Assembly (NCBI GenBank): GCA_026414765.1
Contig: JAOAIJ010000047.1
Coordinates: 27,297 to 91,296, forward strand
Direction: 5' to 3'
DNA: 64,000 nt
DNA from: Clostridia bacterium
Lineage (GTDB): Bacteria > Bacillota > Clostridia > Acetivibrionales > DSM-27016
Each line of letters opens with the position of its first letter. The stretch's first letter is position 1. Both the position numbers and the translations under genes were made by a program. Below are positions 1 through 10,706 of the stretch, piece by piece. Below the pieces are notes generated by a model. That model was given only the letters and a program-made list of their open reading frames with translations. It searched no databases and was not told the DNA's origin.

Positions 1-1491
1 TTCTGCTGTTCTGGCAACACACAGCTCGCCTGTCACAGCTCCACCCCCGATTCCTGTCCCCTGTACCAGCACCTTACCTACTATGTGGACTTTTAATATG
101 TTGGTTGTCCCACTGACACCTATTGGCACTCCCGCAGTAATAATAACAAGATCCCCATTGCTTACCAGGCCGGACTCCAACGCCTTTTCAACACCGGTGT
201 CAAACATTTCATCCGTAGTTGATACTTCCCTGACAAGATAAGGAATTATACCCCATGACAGAGAGAGCTGACGCTGTACTTTAGGACTGACCGTTGTTGC
301 TATTACCGGGCATGCAGGCCTGAATCTTGATATCATCCTTGCCGTATGCCCTGACTGCGTAACCGTGATTATAGCAGACGCTTTCAAATCAAGTGCTGTT
401 GTACATGTTGCATGACTGATGGCATTTGTAACACTTGACTGCATTTCAGGCTGTTTGTTTGAAAAACGCTTCCAATAATCAATAGATTTTTCTGCTTTTT
501 CTGCAATCTTTGACATTGTTTCAAGGCTTTCTACAGGATATTTGCCGGAAGCTGTCTCTCCTGAAAGCATTATCGCGCTTGTCCCGTCATATATTGCATT
601 AGCTACATCACTTGCCTCTGCTCTGGTAGGCCTGGGGTTCCTAATCATAGAATCCAGCATTTGAGTAGCCGTAATTACAGGCTTTCCGTTTTTATAGCAT
701 TTTTCAATCAAAGCTTTCTGTACTACAGGTACCTCTTCTACAGGTATTTCTACCCCCAGGTCTCCTCTTGCTACCATTATGCCGTCAGAAACTTTGATTA
801 TATCGTCAAAATTTTGAATCCCTTCACGATTCTCTATCTTGGCAATAACTTTTATCTCCTGTCCGCCATGCTTTTCCAGTACTTTTCTTATCTCTATGAC
901 ATCAGATGCTTTTCTGACAAAGGATGCGGCAATAAAATCAAAGTCATTTTCTATACCGAACTTTATATCTTCAATATCCTGTTGAGTCAATGAAGGCAGA
1001 TGGATCTCCGCTCCGGGTACATTTATACCCTTATTGTTGCCTATAACTCCTCCGTTCAAAACCTTGCAGAATATATCCTTCTTCTTGATCTCTTCTACTT
1101 CCAGTTCTACTAACCCATCATTTATCAGTATACGGCTTCCTCTTTTTACATCCCTATACAATTCCTTATATGTAACAGTCGCTTTTGTATTGTCGCCAAT
1201 GATATCTTCATTTACCAGAACAAATCTGTCGCCCTCCTTCAGGGTAACCTCTCCGGTTTCAAACCTTCCCGTCCTTATCTCAGGGCCTTTCGTATCAAGC
1301 AGGAGCGGAATAGGACGTCCAAAGCTTTCCCTGATCATTTTAAAGCTATCAACTCTTTTTTTATGCTGCTCATGTGTACCATGCGAAAAATTTATACGCG
1401 CAACATCCATTCCCTTTTCTATGAGCTTTTTCAGTATTTCCTCATTATCAACAGCAGGGCCTAAAGTACAAATAATTTTAGTTTTCCTCAT
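1..1491 (-). CDS. pyk: pyruvate kinase, partial (3' end runs off the left edge); includes the start of a PEP-utilizer-like C-terminal extension
   Basis: Absent from the ORF track because it is open at the edge. My translation from ATG 1491..1489 (GGAGG 7 nt upstream) gives MRKTKIICTLGPAVDNEEILKKLIEKGMDVARINFSHGTHEQH...LLDTKGPEIRTG. Near position 1 the frame reads ...TNILKVHIVGKVLVQGTGIGGGAVTGELCVARTAE with no stop. Confidence 0.9.
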   Translation of the reverse strand, partial: MRKTKIICTLGPAVDNEEILKKLIEKGMDVARINFSHGTHEQHKKRVDSFKMIRESFGRPIPLLLDTKGPEIRTGRFETGEVTLKEGDRFVLVNEDIIGDNTKATVTYKELYRDVKRGSRILINDGLVELEVEEIKKKDIFCKVLNGGVIGNNKGINVPGAEIHLPSLTQQDIEDIKFGIENDFDFIAASFVRKASDVIEIRKVLEKHGGQEIKVIAKIENREGIQNFDDIIKVSDGIMVARGDLGVEIPVEEVPVVQKALIEKCYKNGKPVITATQMLDSMIRNPRPTRAEASDVANAIYDGTSAIMLSGETASGKYPVESLETMSKIAEKAEKSIDYWKRFSNKQPEMQSSVTNAISHATCTTALDLKASAIITVTQSGHTARMISRFRPACPVIATTVSPKVQRQLSLSWGIIPYLVREVSTTDEMFDTGVEKALESGLVSNGDLVIITAGVPIGVSGTTNILKVHIVGKVLVQGTGIGGGAVTGELCVARTAE

Positions 1492-2018
1492 TTAATAACC
1501 TCCAAAAATATATGTTAGATTTAAAAATATGCTAAATTTCATAATAAAAGCGCAAGCTATATGTACTTCAGACTTGTATACCGTTATGCAGTATATCGTA
1601 TCTGAAGTTGGCACGATCCGGTGGAAAACATACCCCCAAAATCCACATAAGCCTTACGCCTCTTTGCTTCCAGCCTGCTAGGTTAAAACATTTTCAATAC
1701 ATTATACCATCCTTATTATTATACTGCAAGAATAAAGCATATCAACTTTTTTCAAGTCTGCACAGCCTCACTATTAAAAACAGCATATTCACACCAGGAT
1801 CAAAATTATTATGTTAATCAATTTATTCATATACTTCTCCCCTGAAGATACTACCAATTCCCCTAAATTAATTTTTTTCAATAAACTCATATTTTAAAAT
1901 AACAATATTTATGGTAATATATATGTGTGTCAAATAATGTCATAATATGTTAATTGCGAGCATATCACGATAGCATTGAATTACTTATATCAATTTTAAA
2001 TAACAGGAGGCAAAATAC

Positions 2019-3560
2019 ATGGAACAAAAATCTTTTCTGTGTAAAAATGAGCAGGAAGCCAATGTAATAACCACAAATATATTACTATGGGCTACATTAG
2101 CTTTCCCCGCTCTGATAATTTTAGGAATAGTCGGTGTATTCAACTTTGACATGCAGAGATTATACATATTCAGCACAATAGGTGCAATAGGTGCAGTACT
2201 CCCCTTTGTTTTAAGGAAGCTATCGGTAAACGATACGATACTGAAATACAGTTCCATAGTTATAAGTACATTAATAATCGGAATACTGAATACAAATCAT
2301 CAGATAGGAATCAATATGCTTTATATATTCCCTATTACCCTAAGTTGTCTTTATTTTGACAGAAAATTGACATGGACAGCTTTTATAGTGGGATATGCCA
2401 ATCTGATATTAACACTGTACTTAAGGTTTTCTTTCAGCGGGGAATACGCTACTGCCGGAGAACTTAATGCTGCTTACATTTCCAACCTCAGTGCATACAC
2501 TATTGAATATATCTCGCTGTCTCTAATATTTACAATGCTGACAAGGAGGACAAGAAATCTTCTGGAGGGTATGATGGATTCTGAGGAGCAGGCTTCCATT
2601 CTGAGTAAGTTAAAGGATGTCATGCTTAAGTCCTCAAATGCTTCAAATGTTCTGGCAGATTCGGTAAGCCAGCTTTCATCCACTATGGAGGATACTGCTA
2701 AAGCCAATGATCTGATTGCCAATAACGCAAGTCAGGCAGCAGATGGATGCGAAAAAAATCTGAAATACATAGAAAATACTACCGTGAAAGTAGAGAGCAT
2801 CTCTACTATATTACAGGAAATCTCTTTACAGTCACAGGAAATGTATGAGATATCTGAAAGTACTGATGCTGCCGCTGAAGAAAGTGAAAAGGTTATTACA
2901 CAAGCTATAGAAAATATGAAGGATATAGAAACTTCCACTTATCAGAGCAAAGTATTGATAAACAGGCTTGGAGACCGCTCCGTACAGGTTGGCAAGATAA
3001 TTGAAATGATTACCTCAATTGCCGGCCAGACAAATCTCCTTGCACTAAATGCCGCTATTGAATCCGCAAGGGCCGGTGAGCAGGGAAAAGGCTTCGCAGT
3101 GGTTGCCGAAGAGATCAGGAAACTTGCAGAACAGTCAGCAGGAGCTGCAAAAGAGATATCAAATCTGATAAAACATATACAGGCTGATACAAATGATGCC
3201 GTAAATGCGATGGATCAAGGCTCTGAAACAATAAAAACAGGTATTGATATGGTGCGTTCAGCCGGAAAATCCTTTGAAAAACTCAGAGAATTACAGGAGA
3301 AAACAAACACTAAAGTACATGAAATATCAAGCTCAAGTATTAAAACATCCGAATACGGCCAGCAGATGGTTGAAATAGTAGAGAATATCAAAGCACTCAC
3401 CATGAAGTCACAGGAAGAAGTAGAATCCATAGCATCCTCTACACAACACCAATCAGCAGCAATGGAAGAGATAGCTGCATCCTTTGAAGTAATAGATGAA
3501 ATAGCCCGCGACTTACTAAACTTAAGCAAAAGTATAGAAAATGACAACCTAAAATTATAA
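2019..3560 (+). CDS. methyl-accepting chemotaxis protein with a multi-TM N-terminal region
   Basis: AGGAGG RBS 8 nt upstream. About 6 hydrophobic segments lie in the first 180 aa. Conserved MCP signalling hairpin [37 protein letters not shown]. Confidence 0.9.
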   Translation: MEQKSFLCKNEQEANVITTNILLWATLAFPALIILGIVGVFNFDMQRLYIFSTIGAIGAVLPFVLRKLSVNDTILKYSSIVISTLIIGILNTNHQIGINMLYIFPITLSCLYFDRKLTWTAFIVGYANLILTLYLRFSFSGEYATAGELNAAYISNLSAYTIEYISLSLIFTMLTRRTRNLLEGMMDSEEQASILSKLKDVMLKSSNASNVLADSVSQLSSTMEDTAKANDLIANNASQAADGCEKNLKYIENTTVKVESISTILQEISLQSQEMYEISESTDAAAEESEKVITQAIENMKDIETSTYQSKVLINRLGDRSVQVGKIIEMITSIAGQTNLLALNAAIESARAGEQGKGFAVVAEEIRKLAEQSAGAAKEISNLIKHIQADTNDAVNAMDQGSETIKTGIDMVRSAGKSFEKLRELQEKTNTKVHEISSSSIKTSEYGQQMVEIVENIKALTMKSQEEVESIASSTQHQSAAMEEIAASFEVIDEIARDLLNLSKSIENDNLKL

Positions 3561-3571
3561 ATTTTTTTAAA

Positions 3572-3610
3572 ACAGAAGGGGCAGCATATTTTTGCTGCTC
3601 CTTCTGTTTC
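3572..3610. terminator. bidirectional rho-independent terminator between convergent genes
   Basis: ACAGAAGGGGCAGCA-loop-TGCTGCTCCTTCTGT (15-bp stem, one G-U). T-run on the plus strand and TTTTAAAAAAAT on the minus strand. Confidence 0.75.
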
Positions 3611-3614
3611 AGTT

Positions 3615-4952
3615 CTATAAGTTATCAATTATAGTATGGACAGTATCATCTAATGATGACCCCCTCCTGCCTTTTTCAAAGAAAACATATTCCTTCCTCA
3701 GTTTGTCGTACAGCTTTCTTAAATATTTATAGCTGTAAATGGAATACTTGCTGATTTCATTTATATATTCAGCAGTAAACAGCTTTCTATTTTTCGCTAT
3801 CGCCTGATGTATTAAGAAATTACAATTGTATTTTATCAGACTCTTCATGTTTAAGGAAACAGAAGACTCTAAACATCCGCTTGAGTCCATCACTTTTGAT
3901 ATAAAGTTCATCAGTCTGTTTGTTATAGCGTCCAAAGGCCATTTTCCTGCTATTTGCGAAAAAATGGTCATATGTCCGTTTTCAGCGTCTGTATTTACAT
4001 CCTGCAAATCATCTGCAAGCTGCAAAATAATTCCGAAACCAAACGCAAAATCTGCTTCTTCTACTGTCAAACGACCCCCGACTAAAAAAGCATCAGTCAA
4101 TACCGACATTCCACCTTTTTGAAAACTAATTCCCAGTATATCCCTTTCATACGGCGACGATCTTCTGCATTGCTGCTGCAGACTGTTTTGCTGGGCATCA
4201 TGTATTCCCAGAAGGCTTTCATATATGTGAGGGTATTTTTCCCTAGGATATTCTTCTTCGATCATCTGAACCAAAGTAAAAATATCCTTCTCATATTTGC
4301 TTGACGGTGCTACTGTATCTCCTGCGAGACACCTTCTGAAACGACTGCTGATTTCAGCCTTTTCCACATATTCTATATCAGTTGAATCCAAATAATTGTC
4401 AGTATACGGGTAAAGCATACTATAAGCGAAAATCGGATTTGAGTACCCTATGTCCAGACCTGTAAATGCCTGTAAACTATTCATTATCCACACATTTCTT
4501 ATTGCTTGAAATATATCTTCAAGCTTCATTTCAGGGGCAAAATTCCTTGCTTGCTTCACAAATGAACTGGTAGACTTGATGAAACCTTCACCGAAAACTA
4601 TATCCAGATATTCCTCACTGAATCCAAGGGTTTCTCTTGCAAATTTCCGGGTACTTTTTTTGAATCCCTCTCTCCAGGAAACCTGTTCCAAACCTGGCGC
4701 AGGCAAAGCCTTAAGTTTTTGTGCCATATTCCTTATAAAAATATCTGTCTGTTTTTCTTTTACACTTTTCAGAGCTTTTGCTTTTTCTTCTCCGGCAACC
4801 GGCATATCTGTAGACGTTTCCCACCAAAGCTTTATATACTTGTTTCTAAATTCTCCGGCAAAATCCTGTACCGGAAATATACCACCTGCAATAGAATCCT
4901 CTTGGATAAATGCTCTCATTACACCAGTCATCCCCCGCAAATAAAATATCAA
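3615..4952 (-). CDS. hypothetical protein with isoprenoid-synthase (squalene/phytoene-synthase-like) motifs
   Basis: ILQLADDLQDVNTDAENGHMTIF resembles the second Asp-rich region of head-to-head prenyl synthases (QLxNxLRDVxEDxxxGRxYxP). An upstream Asp-rich segment is YPYTDNYLDSTD. The likely true start is ATG 4919 (MRAF..., GGGGGA 11 nt upstream); the track start is TTG. Confidence 0.45.
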   Translation of the reverse strand: MIFYLRGMTGVMRAFIQEDSIAGGIFPVQDFAGEFRNKYIKLWWETSTDMPVAGEEKAKALKSVKEKQTDIFIRNMAQKLKALPAPGLEQVSWREGFKKSTRKFARETLGFSEEYLDIVFGEGFIKSTSSFVKQARNFAPEMKLEDIFQAIRNVWIMNSLQAFTGLDIGYSNPIFAYSMLYPYTDNYLDSTDIEYVEKAEISSRFRRCLAGDTVAPSSKYEKDIFTLVQMIEEEYPREKYPHIYESLLGIHDAQQNSLQQQCRRSSPYERDILGISFQKGGMSVLTDAFLVGGRLTVEEADFAFGFGIILQLADDLQDVNTDAENGHMTIFSQIAGKWPLDAITNRLMNFISKVMDSSGCLESSVSLNMKSLIKYNCNFLIHQAIAKNRKLFTAEYINEISKYSIYSYKYLRKLYDKLRKEYVFFEKGRRGSSLDDTVHTIIDNL

Positions 4953-5050
4953 TTTCCCTATTTATATAATACGATAAATACAAAACAATGTCTTGATGCT
5001 GAATAAATTAACTGACAAAATTCATCGAATTATTTCGGAAGCACCGGAAT

Positions 5051-5090
5051 GCAAAAAGACTGGAGCCTTTGTGCACCCCAGTCTTTAATA
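5051..5090 (-). terminator. putative rho-independent terminator of the LamG gene
   Basis: Minus strand AAAGACTGG-14 nt-CCAGTCTTT followed by TTGC (T5 if the stem is shortened). Confidence 0.5.
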
Positions 5091-5106
5091 TTTTCTGAAA
5101 TTTATG

Positions 5107-6924
5107 TTATTTTACAACAATTGTAATATTTTGGGAACGGCTGCCGTAAGTAACTGTGACAGTCGCATTTCCTTTACCTGCTGCTGTAAGCTTACCTGTT
5201 GATGAAACAGATACCACCTTTGTATTGCTGGATTTGTAAACCGCCTTGCTTGACACATCCAAACGCTTTATATCATCTTTGCCCACACCCAGCTTTTCAG
5301 CTGGAACAGTAAACAGATGTGTGAGGGAATTTATCTTCAGCTGTACTTCCTGCTTTGCCTTCATTGTCAATGATGTAACTGCCTTAGTACCCGATAATAC
5401 TTCAAGCCCGTCTCTCATAGAGTATAATTCTTTTACCTGGGTCGGTGTCAACGCATAGTTGTAAATTCTGAACTCATCCATGATACCTTTGAAGTAAATG
5501 CTGTCGGTCGTTCCACCTATCCATAACGGACCGCTGGAATTAGATATATCGCCGTCAAACTCTTCAGTTTTTATGAGTTTTCCGTCTATGTATATCTTTA
5601 TTGTGTTTGCATCGCCGTCTGCAGTATCATCATCTTCTGCCTTTCCGTTATAAGTAGCCGTATAATAATACCATCTTCCGTCAACATATTTTTCATTATC
5701 AATTGTGTAGTCTGTATAGTTTACATCCTTATCTATATCAGCCAGTTCCAGTCTGTGCCCACCATTGTTTGCCCAGTCAGTCAGCTTGTAGGAAGTCTCC
5801 TTTTTATTGTGGCTTTCCCCATATTTAGCAAAGATAGGCTGGTTATTCTTGCTCTTTTCCTTATAAACCCACATTCCGAAAGTGAATCCTCTATCCAGGT
5901 CTAATGAATCACTGTCCTTGACTTCAATATAGCTCGCACCATTGAATCTTACTGCTTTTCCTGCAATACCATCTACATACTTGAAGTTGTTTGCTTTTAC
6001 TGCAAAGCCGTCATTGCCACACCCAGACAAGTCTTTAAGGTTGTTTTCAAACTTGTAGTATGCTACAAGCTTGTTTGGCCTGATAACCAGATTTTTGCCG
6101 GATCCATCGGCTACAGCATCATCATAAAGATCCTCAACTTCAGTATAGCTCAGAGCCTTGTTGTAAATTCTCATGTCATCCATAACACCCTTAAAGTAAT
6201 TATCTACTGTCATAAAGTGTCCAAACCCGATATACAACGGCTGTGAGGATTTTATAAGAGATGTGCTCTTCAGTTCACTCTTCACCATTTCCTTGTTGTG
6301 GTATATAGCCATTGTTTCTCCGTCATATGTTGCAGTTACCAGTGTCCATTTATTGATATCAACCTGTTTTTCAGCATGAATATCCTCTGCACCGTCTGAA
6401 TCACAGAAGGTTATCCCGGGTGTCATTGTCCACCATTCGTATACACCATACGGATAATCATAACCTTCTTCATTATACTTAATGATGTATGGTACTCCGC
6501 CTTCCATTGTTTCCTTTTTCCTCATATCATCCTTGTAAACCCAGAAAGAGAAGGTAAATGCATCTCTTATGTCAAGTGAATTACTGTCTTTTACCTTAAT
6601 ATAGCTCTTACCGTCAAGCTTTACTCCCTTACCTAATACAGCATCGACAAAAGTAACGCCGTTTTTTCCTCCTACGGCTACTCCATCATTTGCAAACTGG
6701 GAAGAATCCTTCAAATCCCCATCAAACTTCCAGTGTGCCACCAATCCCTTGTATCCGCCAAGAGAATCGACCACGTCTGCGCTTTCCTCCTGTGCTGCTG
6801 TATCCTGTGACGCTTCTTCCGTCTGATCTTCATCTTCGGCAAACACTACTGTTGCAGAAAACATGCATGTGAGTACAAGTACCAATGTTACTAAGACTGC
6901 AATAAGCTTTTTTGTTTCTTTCAT
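5107..6924 (-). CDS. secreted protein with two LamG/concanavalin-A-like (Laminin_G_3) repeats and a C-terminal Big_2 Ig-like domain
   Basis: Signal peptide KKLIAVLVTLVLVLTCMFSATVVFA. Duplicated blocks LVAHWKFDGDLKDSS...FTFSFWVY and LVAYYKFENNLKDLS...FTFGMWVY. C-terminal TGKLTAAGKGNATVTVTYGSRSQNITIVV. AGGAGG RBS. Confidence 0.8.
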   Translation of the reverse strand: MKETKKLIAVLVTLVLVLTCMFSATVVFAEDEDQTEEASQDTAAQEESADVVDSLGGYKGLVAHWKFDGDLKDSSQFANDGVAVGGKNGVTFVDAVLGKGVKLDGKSYIKVKDSNSLDIRDAFTFSFWVYKDDMRKKETMEGGVPYIIKYNEEGYDYPYGVYEWWTMTPGITFCDSDGAEDIHAEKQVDINKWTLVTATYDGETMAIYHNKEMVKSELKSTSLIKSSQPLYIGFGHFMTVDNYFKGVMDDMRIYNKALSYTEVEDLYDDAVADGSGKNLVIRPNKLVAYYKFENNLKDLSGCGNDGFAVKANNFKYVDGIAGKAVRFNGASYIEVKDSDSLDLDRGFTFGMWVYKEKSKNNQPIFAKYGESHNKKETSYKLTDWANNGGHRLELADIDKDVNYTDYTIDNEKYVDGRWYYYTATYNGKAEDDDTADGDANTIKIYIDGKLIKTEEFDGDISNSSGPLWIGGTTDSIYFKGIMDEFRIYNYALTPTQVKELYSMRDGLEVLSGTKAVTSLTMKAKQEVQLKINSLTHLFTVPAEKLGVGKDDIKRLDVSSKAVYKSSNTKVVSVSSTGKLTAAGKGNATVTVTYGSRSQNITIVVK

Positions 6925-7236
6925 TGGATAAAAACCTCCTGTAAATAATTTGTATTATTGTAATATAGAATTAATGAAATTCATAAGAAGTCAACATAGA
7001 TCAAAAATTCCTGTTTAATCCATTACTGACCTGTTCACAGCCGTTTAGATTCCCGTTATTGCACCATAGGTCTTAAGAAAATTAAGAATTGATATAATAA
7101 TATTATTCCAAATAATACAGCATGTCAATATTTACTAGTGCTTTATTCTCCAAAATAGCCTATGATTCAGCAGAAATAAGTTTTATACATATTGCTTTAT
7201 ATTATCTGTTTATACCTCGTTTGCAAATTACACTCA

Positions 7237-7291
7237 GGAGTGATTTTTGTGTAAATTAGGGGTGATTTTTAGAAGATTCGGGATGATTTTA
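7237..7291 (+). repeat. three direct repeats GG(A/G)(G)TGATTTT(T/A) spaced 22 and 21 nt apart, in the leader of the SBP operon
   Basis: TGATTTTT at 7241-7248 and 7263-7270, TGATTTTA at 7284-7291. Each is preceded by a G-rich triplet or quadruplet. Confidence 0.6.
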
Positions 7292-7531
7292 TCAAAAAAT
7301 AGTATATATATATTGGCATGTTATGGTAATAATGGTATTATATTAAGTTAACTTATTATGCTGGTTGGTTGAGATTACTTGTGTAGTGACTTAGAGGTTA
7401 ACAATAAAAATACTCATAACATCAGTTATTTATTGTAAAACTCTGGTTAATTTGCTATACTTGTACTGCTATATTATGTATATTAATAAATGGTAAACTA
7501 CGACAATTATTCTTTAAGAGGACGTGAATTT

Positions 7532-9016
7532 ATGAATAATTATGTTATAAAAAAGCATACATGGCTATTTCTTTTAGCTTTTTTGTTCATACCTTCAATT
7601 ATGCCCTCCTGTGCTTTCCCATTCTCTAAGTCTGACAAGACCGGACATGTCTCACTTAACATGTGGCATCACTATCTTGGAGAGCAAAAGATTGTATTTG
7701 ACAAGTATATTGAAGAATTCAACAAAACTGTCGGTCTGGAAAAAAATATCGCAATAAAAGCTTACAGTATGGATAATTCCGGGGATATACACAACAAAAT
7801 CATACAATCTGCAAACGGTGAGCCGGGTGCTCCTGACATGCCCGATATGGCAACAGTTTATCCCGGTACGGCTTATACCCTGTATGGTATGGGTAAGGTT
7901 GTATCTGTAGAAAAATATATGGATACAAGTAAAACCGCAAAATATGTGGACAGCTTCCTGGAAGAGGGCAGATTGACCAGCGACAGCGGTATTATCATTT
8001 TCCCGATCGCTAAATCTACCGAACTTTTATATGTTAATAACACTGTATATATGAAATTCCTACAGGAGCATAATGAAAAAAATCCCCCTAACCGTCTGGA
8101 TGAAAGTATGCTCAATACATTTGAGGGTATACTGAAAACAGCAGAGGCATATTATGACTGGACAGATGCCAAAACTCCTGATACTGCCAATGATGGCACT
8201 GCCCTATTCGGATTTGACGCAGCAAGCAATTTTGCAGTTGTCGGATGCCGGCAGCTGAGCAATGACTTTTTCAGCACTAACGGGAGATCCGGTACAATAA
8301 ACCTTGGAAGTCCCGCATTTAGCAAGCTATGGGATTATTACCATATCCCAATGGCAAGAGGATATTTCGGTGCATACAGCTATTACCGTTCAGAAGATGT
8401 GCAGACAGGCGATCTCGTAATGTTTGCAGGTTCGACTGCAGGTGCAAAGTTTTTCCCTAAAACTATAACTTACAAAGATAATACAAAACTGGATATAGAT
8501 CTAAAAGTATTGCCATACCCGGTTTTTGAGAATGGTAGAAAAACTTCAGTCCAACAGGGTGCCGGGGTAGCAATAATGAAATCGACACAGGAAAAAGAGA
8601 AAGCTTCTGCCATATTTTTAGAGTGGTTTACAGATCCGCGCCGCAATACTGAATTTGTATTGAAAACAGGCTATCTTCCGGTTACAAAGGAAGCAATAGA
8701 CAGTATTTTACCGGAAGAGTTAGAAAAACTAAAAAATTATCCTGAGTATACAAATGTCTTAAAAGTAATAAAGCAGGCACTTGAAATGATGAAAACTTAT
8801 GAGTTGTACACATATAAGCCTTTTGAAAACAGTGACGAAATGAGGTTTGCTTTTGAAGATAAGTTCCTTTCTGCAGCAAAAGCCAGCCGTTCAGACTTCC
8901 TAAAAGATTATGAAGCAACAAAAAATCTCGATACCGCTTTCAAAAATATAGCAAGAAAAGATAAATATGAACGTTTTATCGGTGAGGTACGAAATGAAAT
9001 ACTTAAAACCGATTGA
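7532..9016 (+). CDS. extracellular solute-binding lipoprotein (ABC-type SBP family 1-like); no permease or ATPase genes adjacent
   Basis: AAGAGGA RBS before ATG 7532. Lipoprotein signal with lipobox LLAFLFIPSIMPSC. SBP-like N-terminal lobe pattern (LNMWHHY...PDMPDMATVYPG). Confidence 0.6.
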   Translation: MNNYVIKKHTWLFLLAFLFIPSIMPSCAFPFSKSDKTGHVSLNMWHHYLGEQKIVFDKYIEEFNKTVGLEKNIAIKAYSMDNSGDIHNKIIQSANGEPGAPDMPDMATVYPGTAYTLYGMGKVVSVEKYMDTSKTAKYVDSFLEEGRLTSDSGIIIFPIAKSTELLYVNNTVYMKFLQEHNEKNPPNRLDESMLNTFEGILKTAEAYYDWTDAKTPDTANDGTALFGFDAASNFAVVGCRQLSNDFFSTNGRSGTINLGSPAFSKLWDYYHIPMARGYFGAYSYYRSEDVQTGDLVMFAGSTAGAKFFPKTITYKDNTKLDIDLKVLPYPVFENGRKTSVQQGAGVAIMKSTQEKEKASAIFLEWFTDPRRNTEFVLKTGYLPVTKEAIDSILPEELEKLKNYPEYTNVLKVIKQALEMMKTYELYTYKPFENSDEMRFAFEDKFLSAAKASRSDFLKDYEATKNLDTAFKNIARKDKYERFIGEVRNEILKTD

Positions 9017-10700
9017 ACAAAAATTACATTTGGATAAAATGTCACTGAAAAACAGATTGTGGGTTTTACAGATACTGCTGGTTTTTTTATTACTCTCCGG
9101 CATTTATTTTGTTTTAAGTACAACAGGCATCATTGCTTCCTTCAATGACAATTCTTATATGCTGGTAAAAAAGCAGCTTGATATTTCCGCAAAGGAATTA
9201 TCTCAGAGATACTCCTCTATCTCTGCAAATACAATTGAACTTGCCGGGAAACTTAATAAAAGTATTGAAAAAAGCCTCTCAGAACACGGACTCTCCATAT
9301 CAGATTTGAAATCACACCCCTATCTTCTTGAAACTCTGCTGGGAAACGAAGTTGAGAAGGCAGTATTCACCATGCAGAAAACATGTGTCAGTGGTGTATT
9401 TGTATTTTTTGATGCAACCGTAAACCCTACCCTAAGCCATGCCCTGGATAGCAAAGCGGGTTTTTATATAGTTGATATGGATCCGGATGTCATGCCCTAC
9501 AGTTCTGATGCGTTATTCCTTCATTACGGACCACCGGCTGTCGCCCGCGAAAATGACTTTTATTTGCACACAGAGTGGGAGCTTGAGTATGATGCAGGAA
9601 TACAACGAGAGAAAAACTCAACCAGCTTTTATAATATACCTTTTGCAGCAGCATTCAGGAGTAAAGGAACAAGGTTGCAGGATTTGGGGTATTGGAGTCC
9701 CTTCTTCAAAACTACTGAAAACAGTGAACCGGCAATGACATTTTCAGTGCCATTGATTGATAAAAACGGCGTACCCTACGGTGTTTGCGGACTTCAAATC
9801 TCAAAAACATTTTTTGAAAAGCTTTTATCCCAACCGCTTCTTCCTTCATTCAAGCATAAAGTATTACTTTTTTCACTGTCGGATTCAGACAGGATAAATA
9901 TGAAAAACGCAGTTCTTATTGAAGAAAATCCAGGATGGCTGCAGGGAAGCAAGCATGATTATTTACTGTCTTCTTATACTAAAAATAACAAAAACGGGTT
10001 TAAGCGTTATTATTTTGATTCATCAAACCAAAAAAACATACTAGGGCTGGATACAAAAGTCAGTCTGTATCCTTCAAAATCAGTATTCAAGGACGAATAC
10101 TGGGTGTTAGCAGTCCTATTGCCGCAGGAAGATGTAAAAGGGAACAGTCAGTTGTTTTTGTTGTTTGCAGCATTTTTAATCCTGTTTATATTGGGAATCT
10201 TAATATCATACTTTACCAGCAGATATTATGTCAAACCGATAGTAAATACACTCAATAAAATTAAGGAATACGGTCTGCCGTCAAAGAAAACAAATATCCC
10301 GGAAATCGATGACTTCATAGAATTTTTAAAGAAATATCCATATGAATCCGGTCATAATATAAAGACTTCCGTGAAGATGAATTGTGACAACAACCCTATT
10401 ATAGCCCCAGAAACTTCCTTCGAACTGGATAATACTCAGTTTGAAGAATTCACACAGCGCCTAAGCACTCTATCGAAGGCTGAGCGTGAGGTCTTTGACC
10501 TGTATATCAAAGGGCACACTGCAAAAGAAATAAGCCAGATATTATTCATCAGTATTAACACAGTAAAGACCCACAACAAAAGAATTTATGCTAAAATGAA
10601 TGTCAGCTCACGTATTGAACTGCTCACATACTGCTATAAACTTATGGGTGAAAATCCGCAGCAAGATAATCAAAGATATTCAATAACTGATAAAGGGTGA
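8994..10700 (+). CDS. membrane-anchored LuxR/GerE-family transcriptional regulator (TM, ~340-aa extracytoplasmic domain, TM, HTH)
   Basis: GGTGAGG RBS before ATG 8994, overlapping the SBP stop by 23 nt. TM1 LWVLQILLVFLLLSGIYFVL and TM2 LFLLFAAFLILFILGILISYF. C-terminal LSKAEREVFDLYIKGHTAKEISQILFISINTVKTHNKRIYAKMNV. Confidence 0.75.
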   Translation: MKYLKPIEQKLHLDKMSLKNRLWVLQILLVFLLLSGIYFVLSTTGIIASFNDNSYMLVKKQLDISAKELSQRYSSISANTIELAGKLNKSIEKSLSEHGLSISDLKSHPYLLETLLGNEVEKAVFTMQKTCVSGVFVFFDATVNPTLSHALDSKAGFYIVDMDPDVMPYSSDALFLHYGPPAVARENDFYLHTEWELEYDAGIQREKNSTSFYNIPFAAAFRSKGTRLQDLGYWSPFFKTTENSEPAMTFSVPLIDKNGVPYGVCGLQISKTFFEKLLSQPLLPSFKHKVLLFSLSDSDRINMKNAVLIEENPGWLQGSKHDYLLSSYTKNNKNGFKRYYFDSSNQKNILGLDTKVSLYPSKSVFKDEYWVLAVLLPQEDVKGNSQLFLLFAAFLILFILGILISYFTSRYYVKPIVNTLNKIKEYGLPSKKTNIPEIDDFIEFLKKYPYESGHNIKTSVKMNCDNNPIIAPETSFELDNTQFEEFTQRLSTLSKAEREVFDLYIKGHTAKEISQILFISINTVKTHNKRIYAKMNVSSRIELLTYCYKLMGENPQQDNQRYSITDKG

Positions 10701-10706
10701 AATGTA

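Noticed and set aside
661-1495. Plus-strand ORFs of 110 and 153 aa
   Set aside because: They lie antisense inside the well-supported pyruvate kinase gene. The sequences are low-complexity and Ser/Phe/Leu-rich, as expected for the reverse frame of an AT-rich gene, and they have no RBS.
1565-1608. Hairpin ACTTCAGA...TCTGAAGT with inner GTATAC/GTATA pairing in the pyk/MCP intergenic region
   Set aside because: It has no adjacent T-run, a large loop and no recognisable riboswitch core. I cannot assign a strand or a function.
1608-1817. 69-aa ORF in the divergent intergenic region
   Set aside because: It has no RBS, a basic and low-complexity sequence, and lies in a probable promoter region.
8967-8993. 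Longer N-terminal extension of the LuxR-type regulator (and similar track starts at 7490, 13977, 20358, 26562 and 49124)
   Set aside because: In each case a downstream in-frame ATG has a much better-spaced GGAGG-type RBS. For 49124, the downstream start also matches the paralogue's start.
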